Assembly: GCA_044337105.1 (NCBI GenBank)
Contig: JBIIOE010000001.1
Location: 16,309 to 80,308, forward strand
Source of the DNA: Bdellovibrionota bacterium
Lineage (GTDB): Bacteria > Bdellovibrionota_C > UBA2361 > OMII01
Direction: 5' to 3'
DNA: 64,000 nt
Shown here: one piece after another, positions 45,438 through 54,822 of the stretch
How positions within the stretch are numbered: position 1 is the stretch's first letter
Layout: every line of letters starts with the position of its first letter
Translations under genes and position numbers: made by a program
Notes under the pieces: model-generated
Database searches by the model: none
Told to the model about the DNA's origin: nothing
What the model saw: the letters and a program-made list of their open reading frames with translations, nothing else

Positions 45438-46580
45438 GGACGAGAGGCAAAGACCTCTTCCTGCAGCATAAGCCGATTTTCCCTTCCTACGCAGGTGAAT
45501 CGCCACCTCCGGCAGGGGATCCCTCAACAGATATGGGAGACCGCTTTCGCTCACCTTTGAGATAGCCGATCTCTTTCCTGTCCAGCTCTTAAGAATGAGC
45601 CCGGGAGCGATCTCCGGTTTCGCATACCGTACATGCTGGTAGTCAGGGCAGGTAAATTTTTCTCCCTGGCTCGCCATGCATGCCAGGTGGGGAAAATTTA
45701 CCCCCGCGGCAAGTGAGCCAAGTAAGCTTCTCCAGTAGCGTGGATTGGCCTCGAGCACCTTGGCCTGATTCGCTTCTTCGTCGAACACCAGATCGAAGCA
45801 CGCGACACCGGACCAGCGCACGGAACTCACGAGCCTTTGAATTGAATCGAGCACACCTTCATCATGGATGAACTCGACTGCGGCTGAAGGGCCGAAGGGT
45901 TTGTGTGATCGAACTATGACACGCTGGATCGTATATGCGAGGATCTCGCCCTCCTGACAGAGTACGCTACAACTCAGATCTGGTCCCTTAATGAACTCCT
46001 GAACGAAGAACTCGGCCGGTTCGCCCTGCTCGGCGAGGTAATCCAATACTTGATGCGGATACTCGCACAGCCGAATTCCACTCCCTCCTTCTAAGTTGCG
46101 TGGCTTGACGAGGACCGGAAACCTCATCTCGAAAAGCTTTTCCTCATCAAGGAGCTCGCCTGAGGGCCAAAGGATTCTCGGATGTGGAATGCTTTCGAGG
46201 TTTAGTATTTTCGAGAATCGTAGTTTGTCCGAGAAGGCGTCGAGCACATCCAGAGACGCCAGTGGGGGCAGACGAGAAACCGGCGCCAGCTCGTTCTGGA
46301 ATTCCGCTACCAAGCGAATTCCAGCCAGCCCGGTCGGCACAATGACATCCGCAGACACCTCTCGCGCTGCTGCCTGGATCACCTCGACTCTTGCTCGATT
46401 GAATCCATCGACGCAGTGGGTTAGGAATCGGTAAAGGTGTCGCGAATACCGGATCGGTGCTCGTGCGTCTCGAGACAGCACAGCGATCTTGGTATTCGGG
46501 CTTTGAGCAAGGCACCGCAGGACTCGCAACGCCAATTCATCTTCACCATCGGGTATGAGAACTGAAACTGCTGCCTTCAT
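45414..46580 (-). CDS. ATP-grasp domain protein (carboxylate-amine ligase-like)
   Basis: Pre-ATP-grasp N-domain, then FPVLVKPRNLEGGSGI, FFVQEFIKGPDLSCSV and ACFDLVFDEEANQAKVLEANPRYW. Confidence 0.75.
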   Translation of the reverse strand: MKAAVSVLIPDGEDELALRVLRCLAQSPNTKIAVLSRDARAPIRYSRHLYRFLTHCVDGFNRARVEVIQAAAREVSADVIVPTGLAGIRLVAEFQNELAPVSRLPPLASLDVLDAFSDKLRFSKILNLESIPHPRILWPSGELLDEEKLFEMRFPVLVKPRNLEGGSGIRLCEYPHQVLDYLAEQGEPAEFFVQEFIKGPDLSCSVLCQEGEILAYTIQRVIVRSHKPFGPSAAVEFIHDEGVLDSIQRLVSSVRWSGVACFDLVFDEEANQAKVLEANPRYWRSLLGSLAAGVNFPHLACMASQGEKFTCPDYQHVRYAKPEIAPGLILKSWTGKRSAISKVSESGLPYLLRDPLPEVAIHLRRKGKSAYAAGRGLCLSSLYGLRSR

Positions 46581-46710
46581 GAAGAGCCTCCTACCTTAAA
46601 GCTAAGTTCCAGCATCGACGCTTGCATGGCGTCTGTCGCGCCCGATATGAGCCGACACACGAGCACCCCGCTCTATTGAGCACCTTTAATCAAAGTCTGC
46701 GCGGGGGCTT

Positions 46711-46730
46711 ACGATTCCCCCGGGAATCGT
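46711..46730. promoter_or_regulatory. 20-bp palindrome in a divergent intergenic region (candidate operator)
   Basis: acgattccc-cc-gggaatcgt has 9-bp perfect arms. It lies ~130 nt from both the ATP-grasp start (46580, minus strand) and the DUF892 start (46862, plus strand). Confidence 0.3.
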
Positions 46731-46861
46731 TCTCCCGATTAGTGCAGTGTGCAGTTCGGGCTATCTCATCATGGGTGACAAGGATCATTACTGACACCGC
46801 AGTATGTCGGTAAGGTGTCAGCCCTACACGAGCACTCAAATGACTTTCAGGGGAGGATCCT

Positions 46862-47422
46862 ATGGCTAAATTAGCAACACTACGCGACGCATTGGTTGAG
46901 GAATTGAAGGATCTCTACAGCGCCGAACAACAGCTCCTTCAGGCGCTACCCAAGATGGAGAAGCGCGTTAGTAACGACGACCTCAAAGAAGCTTTTCGCT
47001 CTCACCTGGACGAAACCAAGCAACAGGTAGATCGACTCAATCAGATCGCACACGCGCTTGGCACGAAACTCACTGGTAAGGTCTGCGTCGCTATGCAGGG
47101 TTTAATTGAAGAAGCAAACCAGACTATACAGCGTGAGAGCGACAACGAAGATCTCATTGATACCATCGTGGTGAGCTGTGCGAAGCGGATCGAGCACTAC
47201 GAAATAGCTGGCTACGGAACCGCGCGGGCGATCTCCGATGCGCTCGGAGAGGAGGAGATTGCAGACCTCCTCGACCGTACTCTTGCCGAAGAGTCGGCAG
47301 CGGACGAGAAGCTTTCGGGCATCTTCGAAGAGAGTCTTCTTCCCAAACTCGCACGACTCGACACTGAGTCGGAAGAGGAGCAGGAGGAGGAGGAAGGCGA
47401 GGGCGCAAGCGCGCGGGAATAA
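46862..47422 (+). CDS. Ferritin-like DUF892 (YciE/YciF) family protein
   Basis: LVEELKDLYSAEQQLLQALPKM and IEHYEIAGYGTA. Acidic Glu-rich tail. Confidence 0.85.
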   Translation: MAKLATLRDALVEELKDLYSAEQQLLQALPKMEKRVSNDDLKEAFRSHLDETKQQVDRLNQIAHALGTKLTGKVCVAMQGLIEEANQTIQRESDNEDLIDTIVVSCAKRIEHYEIAGYGTARAISDALGEEEIADLLDRTLAEESAADEKLSGIFEESLLPKLARLDTESEEEQEEEEGEGASARE

Positions 47423-47475
47423 GCCTTCTCATTCCATGCATTGCGCTCCGGCCTGGCTTTGCTACAGTCTCAGCC

Positions 47476-47868
47476 ATGCGTCGCGCAATGTTTATGCTAG
47501 GAATCGTATTATGCCTCATCGGCGGCTACCTATCGGCCTCTACCTATCTGATGCTCGATCGAGCGATAGCGGTAGAGGCCGAGGTGGTTGCTGTCGAGGA
47601 GCGTACGGGCCCCCCCAAGCCCCGCAGTAAGACCCCGATCCACCTTCGCTATACGCTGCCTGACGGAGGAGAACACCTCTCTAAGACCTCTATGCCGATG
47701 CTCCAGAAGGTAGAGGTTGGCGATCGGGTCCGTATACTGGTCGATGGTGCCAATCCTGAAATGGTAACGCTACCGCTGCTCTCAGTGCTCTGGGCTACCC
47801 CGATAACCCTCTGTGTGGTTGGAATAGCCCTGCTTGTCGGATCACGCCTGGCACTCCGCGGGGCTTAA
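47476..47868 (+). CDS. DUF3592-like membrane protein
   Basis: N- and C-terminal TMs flank a beta-rich segment (AEVVAVEER.......IHLRYTLPDG). The pattern recalls DUF3592. Confidence 0.55.
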   Translation: MRRAMFMLGIVLCLIGGYLSASTYLMLDRAIAVEAEVVAVEERTGPPKPRSKTPIHLRYTLPDGGEHLSKTSMPMLQKVEVGDRVRILVDGANPEMVTLPLLSVLWATPITLCVVGIALLVGSRLALRGA

Positions 47869-47966
47869 CGAGGGCTTTTCTGCTGCCTGCTACACGTCGA
47901 TTCTACTGGTGTACGTGCATAGCAAGCGCTACACTATCGAGGTTATTTCTTCTCGGCAGGAGCCCC

Positions 47967-48422
47967 ATGATTCGATCAACTGTCTTCATCATCTCGGCTA
48001 TTGTGGCGCTCTGCGGATGCCATGGAGCCCAGTATCACCGTAATGCGGTCTCTACGGATAGAAACTCGGCTCTCACCGTTGGTACGGTACAGCGAGAAAT
48101 CCGTGTGGGAATGTCAGGCGCAGACGTGGCAGGAGTTCTCGGCTCGCCCAATATGGTGACGAGTGACGACCAGCGTCGAGAAACCTGGGTGTACGACAAG
48201 ATCTCGACAGAGCGTGCATACTCCGCGGATTCTGGTGGGATCTCCACCCTTATCCTTGGTGGTGCCACGATAGGCGACGGTCTAGTCGGGGGAGGCGCCG
48301 GGCCTTCGTATGGCTCTGGTAGTGGTGCTTCATCGACAACTCAAAAGACCCTTACAGTGATCATCAAGTTCGACTCTGATAGACGCGTGCGGGACTTCGC
48401 CTATCACTCTAGTCAGTTTTAG
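47967..48422 (+). CDS. Lipoprotein with SmpA/OmlA (BamE-like) domain
   Basis: Lipobox IVALCGC. LTVGTVQREIRVGMSGADVAGVLGSPN....ETWVYD fits the BamE-like fold pattern. Gly-rich insert. Confidence 0.6.
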   Translation: MIRSTVFIISAIVALCGCHGAQYHRNAVSTDRNSALTVGTVQREIRVGMSGADVAGVLGSPNMVTSDDQRRETWVYDKISTERAYSADSGGISTLILGGATIGDGLVGGGAGPSYGSGSGASSTTQKTLTVIIKFDSDRRVRDFAYHSSQF

Positions 48423-48436
48423 GTGGCGAGGGCTAG

Positions 48437-48967
48437 ATGGTGAGGACCTGGCTCGTAGGTTTGATATCTCTCTGTGCATTTGGTTGCATAGGATGCGCTC
48501 CTCAGGTCCCGCGTGGTGCTCTCGAGCTCAGTCCGGAATCACTCACGCAGCGGCGTTTACAGACCAGAAGGTTTGACACCCCTGACGAGGTCCGGTTGCT
48601 GCAGGCGTCGCTGGGAGTCTTGCAAGACCTTGGGTTCAACATCGACGAATCGGAGTCTCGACTGGGAATAATAGTTGCCTCGAAAAATCGTGATGCTACC
48701 GATCCTACGATGGTCATTGGAGCGATAGCCATCGGGGCTTTGGTCGGGCAGGACATCCAATACGATACCACGCAACGTATTCGCGCATCTCTCGTTACAC
48801 GACCAGTTTCGCGCGGCGAAACCCTCGTGCGCGTCACGTTCCAACGCACGGTATGGAATCAAGCGGGACAGATTACGAGGAACGAAAGCCTCGACGGTCC
48901 GGAACTATACCGCGAGTTCTTTTTTAAGCTTTCGAAATCGGTATTTCTCGACGCCCACGGTATTTAG
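48437..48967 (+). CDS. Hypothetical lipoprotein (paralog of 48991..49407)
   Basis: Lipobox region CAFGCIGC. Shared block LQTRRFDTPDEVRLLQASLGVLQDLGFNIDESESRLGIIVASK. Confidence 0.6.
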   Translation: MVRTWLVGLISLCAFGCIGCAPQVPRGALELSPESLTQRRLQTRRFDTPDEVRLLQASLGVLQDLGFNIDESESRLGIIVASKNRDATDPTMVIGAIAIGALVGQDIQYDTTQRIRASLVTRPVSRGETLVRVTFQRTVWNQAGQITRNESLDGPELYREFFFKLSKSVFLDAHGI

Positions 48968-48990
48968 GTAGAGGATTATAGGTAGCGGAC

Positions 48991-49407
48991 ATGGTGCAGA
49001 AGCTGTTGTGTACTCTCGGCCTTGTATTTGCTCTCCACGGGTGTGTTCCCCTAAACCAGCGTGTGCTGGACTCCGATCAGTCGCAGCTCCAGCTACGCCA
49101 GATCCAGTCGCGTGTATTCGACACTACCGAGAGGGAGAAGACGCTACGAACGGTGATAGCTACCCTCCAAGATCTCAACTTCGTGGTCGACAAGGCGGAC
49201 CTCGGTTTGGGGACCGTAACCGCTACGAAGCTCGACGGTTACGCTCTGCGAATGACGGTAAGCGTGTATCCACGTGGTCAGCGTCAGCTCGTTGTTCGAG
49301 CGAATGGGCAATTCAACGATCAGCCTGTAGTCGATGCCGTTCCGTATCAAAGTTTCTTTGCCGCGCTGTCGCGGGCGATGTTCCTGACTGCTCACGCATT
49401 GGACTGA
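48991..49407 (+). CDS. Hypothetical lipoprotein (paralog of 48437..48967)
   Basis: Lipobox FALHGC. Shared block IQSRVFDTTEREKTLRTVIATLQDLNFVVDKADLGLGTVTATK. Confidence 0.6.
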   Translation: MVQKLLCTLGLVFALHGCVPLNQRVLDSDQSQLQLRQIQSRVFDTTEREKTLRTVIATLQDLNFVVDKADLGLGTVTATKLDGYALRMTVSVYPRGQRQLVVRANGQFNDQPVVDAVPYQSFFAALSRAMFLTAHALD

Positions 49408-49480
49408 TAGCGATTAGGCAGCGGGTGAGCCCCGCAGCACATGTTGAAGGCCTAGGCGCCCCGTAGTAGGCTACCGCCTT

Positions 49481-50497
49481 ATGACCTCTTTTGTTGCAAT
49501 CTCTCCTGGCACGCGAGTGCTCGTGACCGGAGCAACCGGCTTTACTGGCCAGGCGCTCACCAAAAAGCTCCTCGCACAGGGAGCTCGGGTTCGAGCCATC
49601 GCGCGCGGAAGCTCAGATCTGTCGCCGTTTTCAGGGTGCGATATCGAGTGGGTGCGCGGAGAAGTTTTCAATCCAACGGTGATATCCGAAGCTGTTAACG
49701 GCATCGAATATGTCTTTCACGTTGCGGCCGCGTACAGAGAAGCCAAAATCAGCGACGCTGTGTATGAGAACGTGCACGTCAAGAGCACGCAGGAGCTCGC
49801 TCGGGCGCTTCGAGGAAGACCAGAGTTCCAGAGGTTCGTGCACGTCTCTACGGTCGGGGTACACGGTCACATCGACGAGCCCCCAGCCTCTGAGACCTAT
49901 CGTTTCAGCCCGGGGGATATCTATCAGAGAACCAAAGCTGCTGCTGAGGTATGGCTGACTGAATATGCAAGAGAGCAGGGGCTTCCGTACACGGTTGTAC
50001 GCCCAGCCGCGATCTACGGGCCTGGGGACAAACGCCTTCTAAAGATCTTCAAAATGGCGCGCAGGCCTTTGTTCCCGCTGTTCGGAAAGGGTAAGGGGCT
50101 CTATCACCTGATTCATGTCGACGACCTCACGAATATCTTCATCCAGGCGGCGCTCCATCCGCGGGCGCTCGGAGAGGCGTTCATCGCCGGGAATGCCGAT
50201 CCGCATCGGCTGCAGGATATCGTGACGACTGTCGCGGACGAATTAGGCAATTCGAAGATCACGTTCGTGCGCTTTCCCGCTTGGCCGCTCTTTTTGGCCG
50301 CAGATGTGTGTGAGGCAGTGTGCAAGCCGCTCGTAATCTCCCCGCCTTTATACCGTCGCCGCGTCGCCTTCTTTACCAAGGACAGGGCGTTCGACACGCG
50401 CAAGTTGCGGGACGTTTTGGAGTATCACAGCGGTGTAGAGACTCAGGCTGGATTGCGCGGTACTGCTCGCTGGTACCGAGAGCAAGGGTGGCTGTAA
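49481..50497 (+). CDS. NAD-dependent epimerase/dehydratase (extended SDR)
   Basis: VLVTGATGFTGQAL Rossmann motif and YQRTK (YxxxK) catalytic motif. Confidence 0.88.
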   Translation: MTSFVAISPGTRVLVTGATGFTGQALTKKLLAQGARVRAIARGSSDLSPFSGCDIEWVRGEVFNPTVISEAVNGIEYVFHVAAAYREAKISDAVYENVHVKSTQELARALRGRPEFQRFVHVSTVGVHGHIDEPPASETYRFSPGDIYQRTKAAAEVWLTEYAREQGLPYTVVRPAAIYGPGDKRLLKIFKMARRPLFPLFGKGKGLYHLIHVDDLTNIFIQAALHPRALGEAFIAGNADPHRLQDIVTTVADELGNSKITFVRFPAWPLFLAADVCEAVCKPLVISPPLYRRRVAFFTKDRAFDTRKLRDVLEYHSGVETQAGLRGTARWYREQGWL

Positions 50498-50525
50498 GAA
50501 ACGCCATCACCCGACAGAGCTGTCT

Positions 50526-51116
50526 CTATCGCTCCAGCGTTTTCACATAACTCCGACCCTGGAAGATGTTCACACCAATGGCAAAAGCCACGGTCATCGT
50601 ACTTACGAACAAGATCGCGCCGACTACGTGCGCAGTGAAGACTATTCGCACGTCTCTCCACAGCTGAGATTCCTCACCCTCGCGCATGGCATACACGATC
50701 CGCTTGTAGATGAGCGGCGGACAGATCAATGCGAGTTTGCCACACTGCGTCTCGTGTTGTTTGACGGTCAGCCACACGGTAGCCCACGATCCGACCATCA
50801 AGATGAAGGTGACCGCTGCGGTTATCGCCAGGAGAAGCGTCACCTCGGATACCCCGTACCGCTTGGCGAGTACTATAACTCCGAGGATCGCGATTGCCGA
50901 AGCCAAAACTGCAGAGAACGCGAACGTTGCCGGCATCGTCATAATGCGGAAGACGAACGGATCGCTCTCGCCGGTCGTGTCGATGTGAAGCTGTTGACGA
51001 AGCTTGGAGCGCTTCTCGGCGTACGAAGCGGCGCACGACGGGCAGAGGCGCTGAAAGCTGCCTTCGGCGGAGCCGCATTGGTAACAGCCCTGATTTTGCG
51101 CATCAATTATCGTCAT
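50526..51116 (-). CDS. Zinc-ribbon plus 4-TM membrane protein, unknown function
   Basis: N-terminal CYQCGS....CPSC, followed by four hydrophobic helices. Confidence 0.55.
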   Translation of the reverse strand: MTIIDAQNQGCYQCGSAEGSFQRLCPSCAASYAEKRSKLRQQLHIDTTGESDPFVFRIMTMPATFAFSAVLASAIAILGVIVLAKRYGVSEVTLLLAITAAVTFILMVGSWATVWLTVKQHETQCGKLALICPPLIYKRIVYAMREGEESQLWRDVRIVFTAHVVGAILFVSTMTVAFAIGVNIFQGRSYVKTLER

Positions 51117-51263
51117 CGTATCCCCTCCGGGTACATGCCCGACAAAACCCAGAGGTATATCGTCAAAAACCGTGTCGAACTTTACGAAGTGGTAGACAAT
51201 TGAAGATTAAGTCCCCTTCGCCGTCCGGTGTACGATGAGCTGCCATGGCATGCCCCCGCCCGA

Positions 51264-51854
51264 TCAGGCGCCGCCAGCTCGGACCGCCCGGGCCACCTCA
51301 TCGCAGAAGGAGGCTACGGTTCGACTCAGTGCCGCGACCCGTGCCTCTGACGATTCGCCATCGAGCTTCTCGCGGTAGACCGAGAGCCGGGGCGATAGGG
51401 CCGTCTCGGCGCTTCCACCCAAGAGTCCCCAACGAATCTTTAGCACCGCTTCTCCCTCCTCAGAGACATCGAATTGCAGCACTTCGAGACGTATCGACCG
51501 AGCCGAATCTGAAACTTGGTATGTTTGAACCACTACCACAGATGCATTGTCGAGCCGCGTTACGAGGTTCTCCATGACGGTACGTTCGAAGTTACTCTCG
51601 AGCTCCTCGACCCAGCGCTCGTACTCGTCCACTACGATCTCTCCGTTGGTCCGACGCAGCGCCATTTGGGGATTGTTGAGATACCCTGGAAAGGCGACCG
51701 TGACTACTTCAATCCGCGGGCCGTTCGTACGTATGGCCCCTTGAATCTCCGTGGGGATGGGATGCAAAGAGTAGAAGTGGGTTGGAGGCGAACGGAAGCA
51801 TCCAACCATCATTAGAGCTGCTACGACGGTCGACACACACACTACGGTTCTCAT
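51264..51854 (-). CDS. ABC-type transport auxiliary lipoprotein (PqiC/YmbA-like, DUF330)
   Basis: Lipobox LMMVGC followed by PPTHFYSL, typical of this family. Its start lies 3 nt after the stop of the upstream MCE gene on the minus strand. Confidence 0.75.
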   Translation of the reverse strand: MRTVVCVSTVVAALMMVGCFRSPPTHFYSLHPIPTEIQGAIRTNGPRIEVVTVAFPGYLNNPQMALRRTNGEIVVDEYERWVEELESNFERTVMENLVTRLDNASVVVVQTYQVSDSARSIRLEVLQFDVSEEGEAVLKIRWGLLGGSAETALSPRLSVYREKLDGESSEARVAALSRTVASFCDEVARAVRAGGA

Positions 51855-51857
51855 GCT

Positions 51858-52772
51858 TTACTCCTTGGCCCGTAACAGAGCCTCTGGGTTTCGTTCGATG
51901 TAGTCGGCCAACCGGCGCACTGTTCGAGCCGTCGAAGAGAGCTCATCCAGGGTAGCTGCGCCCTGGTTAACCACGGGCTCCGCCCTCTTCAACAGGGCAT
52001 CGAGGCTTTCGAGGGTCTTAGTCGCCTGAGCCGCGGCCTGAGTCGAGCGATCGGAGAGCTGCCTCACGTCACGCGAAAGGCTCGTGCTGTGAGCATCCAG
52101 ATGCCCTGCGAGTGCTTTGACATCCACTAACAGCGTCGTGAGTTTGTGTATCGTATGCTCGTCTTGTGCAGCCGCAAGGATCGACTCGAGTTTGGTGATC
52201 GACGAGACCGTCTTGTTGGCGAGTTCCGTCAGAGGGATCTCTTGGAGCGTGGCCTGCACCTTCTCGAAAGAGGAGGGTGCAGTGGGTATCTCTGCATACC
52301 CATCGGCGTATTCAGGGTGGTACCTGGGAGGGATGTTGGACATGAAATCGAGCTGGACGAATAGCTGTCCTGTGACGATACTTTCGAGCGCCAACTGAGC
52401 CCGCAAACCTTTGTTAATCATCCGATCCACGAGTGGTACTCGGCGTGCCTTACGATCCTCTGATGCGGTCGCCACTACGCTGAGCCCCTTGATGGATTCC
52501 CCGTCGAGCTCGACCAAGACAGGGATAAGGAGCTCGTCTCTATCCTGCCTGTACACGATAGAGACATCTTTGACTGTGCCAACACGGGCCCCTCGAAAAT
52601 TCACCGGGGCGCCCTCAACCAAGCCTTTTACAGAGCCCGAGAAAAAGGTGACAAAGACAGCCGTATCCTCGAAGAATTTCCCGCGTCCAAACGCGAGCAC
52701 GGCAGCGACAAGGACGGCAGCTGCGCCAACCACAAAAGCGCCAATCCAAGCATATCGGGGTTCGTTACTCAT
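51858..52772 (-). CDS. MlaD/MCE-domain protein
   Basis: N-terminal TM, then the MCE core GSVKGLVEGAPVNFRGARVGTVKDV. C-terminal helical region. Confidence 0.85.
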   Translation of the reverse strand: MSNEPRYAWIGAFVVGAAAVLVAAVLAFGRGKFFEDTAVFVTFFSGSVKGLVEGAPVNFRGARVGTVKDVSIVYRQDRDELLIPVLVELDGESIKGLSVVATASEDRKARRVPLVDRMINKGLRAQLALESIVTGQLFVQLDFMSNIPPRYHPEYADGYAEIPTAPSSFEKVQATLQEIPLTELANKTVSSITKLESILAAAQDEHTIHKLTTLLVDVKALAGHLDAHSTSLSRDVRQLSDRSTQAAAQATKTLESLDALLKRAEPVVNQGAATLDELSSTARTVRRLADYIERNPEALLRAKE

Positions 52773-52780
52773 AGCACTCC

Positions 52781-53584
52781 CTATGTATCGCGTTCCCCGC
52801 GGGTGAGAAAGCGGATAACACGCGGGTCCGCCGAACGTTCTAACAATTCGTCTGGAGGACCGAGCGCGGTCATCGTCTTTGTCTCGGCATCGAGAAATAC
52901 TGAGTTCGTGGCTATGGCGAAGATGCTGGCCAGCTCGTGAGTGACTATCACAACTGTGGAGCCCAGGCTCTTGTTCAACTCGACTATCAGATCATCGAGA
53001 AGCTTAGAGCTGATAGGATCCAACCCGGCGGAGGGCTCGTCGAAGAAAAGCACCTCGGGATCGAGGGCCATTGCCCGAGCAAGTCCGGCCCGCTTTTGCA
53101 TCCCGCCACTTATCTCTGAAGGATAATACTCCTCGAATCCTGCTAACCCGACCAAAGCAAGTTTGTACTCGACGATGGCTCGAATCTCTGCCTCCGATCT
53201 CTGGGTGTAGTGCCGAAGCGGCATGGCGACATTTTCAGCCAAGGTCATAGATGTCCATAGGGCGCCCTTCTGATACAGAATCCCCATGTTACGAAGCAGG
53301 GCTTCGCGTTCCTGGGACGACGATGCCCAAAAGCTCCGACCGTTGTAGAGGATCCGTCCGGAGCTCGGCGCCACGAGCCCGATCAAGTGCTTCAGGAGCG
53401 TGCTCTTTCCGCAGCCACTCCCCCCCATGATTACAAAGATGTCACCCTTGCGAACAGAGAAGCAGAGATCGCGTTGGATCAGTACCTCGCCGTACTTCAT
53501 AGTGAGACCATCCACAACGATATGAGCTTCACTCGTCGTCACGTCAGATCCCCAAAATCTCGGTAATGACTGCAAACACGGCAT
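52781..53584 (-). CDS. ABC transporter ATP-binding protein (MlaF-like)
   Basis: Walker A GGSGCGKST, signature ISGGMQKRAGLARAM and Walker B VLFFDEPSAGLD. An alternative GTG start at 53542 lies 1 nt past the upstream stop. Confidence 0.9.
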   Translation of the reverse strand: MPCLQSLPRFWGSDVTTSEAHIVVDGLTMKYGEVLIQRDLCFSVRKGDIFVIMGGSGCGKSTLLKHLIGLVAPSSGRILYNGRSFWASSSQEREALLRNMGILYQKGALWTSMTLAENVAMPLRHYTQRSEAEIRAIVEYKLALVGLAGFEEYYPSEISGGMQKRAGLARAMALDPEVLFFDEPSAGLDPISSKLLDDLIVELNKSLGSTVVIVTHELASIFAIATNSVFLDAETKTMTALGPPDELLERSADPRVIRFLTRGERDT

Positions 53585-54671
53585 CGGCCAGTACGATAGA
53601 GACTATGCCCGAAACGACCGCAGTCGTCACGGCGGTGCCAACCGCAGATGCGCTCCTACCGCAGCGCATCCCGGCGATACAGCCCGCCAGGGCAACTAGG
53701 ATACCGAACACCCCACTCTTTAATACCCCTAACCACACGTCGATCAGATGCACCGCTGATACCGTCTGATGGTAGTACTGTGCAAGAGAGATGTCCAAGG
53801 TAAGCGCGGAGACGAGCGCTCCACCCAGAATACCGAGGCAATCGGCGTACAGACACAGCAGTGGCATCATGACCACAAGCGCCAGCACCCGCGGAATCAC
53901 CAAATACTGCATCGGGGAGAATCCGAAGGTCTTCAAGGCGTCGATCTCTTCGTTCACCTGCATGGTACCGAGCTGGGCGGCGAAGGCTGCTCCGGTCCTA
54001 CCGGCCATGATCACGGCTGCCATCACGGCACCCATTTCACGCAACATTCCGACACCGACCAGATTCGCTACATAGATCGTCGCCCCGAACTGCCTAAGTT
54101 GTTGCGCGCCGATGAACGCCAGGATCACACCAACCAAGGTGCTGATGAGCGTTACGATCGGCAAGGCCGAAGGGCCGCATTGATCCAGGGTCTGCCAGAT
54201 GTCCCGCACCGGAACCCGTGCGCGACCACGCAAGAAGTTAAGAACCTCAGCCAGGAGCTCTCCAGTGAATGCAAGCCAATCTCTGACGGTATGGAGTAGA
54301 ACAAGCGCCGCGCGCCCCACAGCGACCAAGAACGAGTCGTTCCGCGCCAGGCGCCGCGCCCCCTTTCTCTCCGGCACCGAGAGTGCGAGTCCGAGCAGTC
54401 TCTGCGCGCTTGGCGGAAGATCTTGTGCTGTGAAGGCGAGGCCCCGATCGTTGCACAAGCGTACCACGCGCAAGAGCCATGCGACCACCGCACTATCTAT
54501 ATCGAGGTTTTTCGCCCCTGAAACGAAAACCTTAGCCCCGCGCGCAAGAGACATGAGCTGCGACTCGAGCTCAGAAAAACTGTGTCCCGATCGCTTCTGA
54601 TCGCTCGAAGTCTCGAACGAGATCGAGAGGTCGCCGTTGACTATGGTAGAAGATGCTAGTAGCGCTGCCAT
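53544..54671 (-). CDS. MlaE-family ABC permease with N-terminal STAS-like domain
   Basis: The C-terminal ~260 aa are a MlaE-type permease (QLRQFGATIYVANLVGVGMLREMGAVMAAVIMAGRTGAAFAAQLGTMQVNEEIDAL). The N-terminal ~100 aa have an anti-sigma-antagonist/STAS-like layout. Confidence 0.85.
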   Translation of the reverse strand: MAALLASSTIVNGDLSISFETSSDQKRSGHSFSELESQLMSLARGAKVFVSGAKNLDIDSAVVAWLLRVVRLCNDRGLAFTAQDLPPSAQRLLGLALSVPERKGARRLARNDSFLVAVGRAALVLLHTVRDWLAFTGELLAEVLNFLRGRARVPVRDIWQTLDQCGPSALPIVTLISTLVGVILAFIGAQQLRQFGATIYVANLVGVGMLREMGAVMAAVIMAGRTGAAFAAQLGTMQVNEEIDALKTFGFSPMQYLVIPRVLALVVMMPLLCLYADCLGILGGALVSALTLDISLAQYYHQTVSAVHLIDVWLGVLKSGVFGILVALAGCIAGMRCGRSASAVGTAVTTAVVSGIVSIVLADAVFAVITEILGI

Positions 54672-54700
54672 TCCTGGCGATCACCGTATCGGTAGGGGCG

Positions 54701-54822
54701 TAGGGAGGCAAGTCCCTGACTCGGCGAAATACAAGAAGTCGCTGATTTTCGTCCTGCCGAAAGTCGAATATCAACCCAATCTCCACCTTCTCGCTACGGG
54801 CAGGTTGTGCCTCGTCTCCCTA
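54701..54822. mobile_element. MITE-like element, type 2 (inverted relative to 12858 copy)
   Basis: The reverse complement ctttagggagacgaggcacaacctgcccgtagcgagaaggtggagattgggttgatattcgactttcg aligns with 12855-12923. TA at both ends. The right-hand TA is part of the radC stop codon. Confidence 0.65.
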
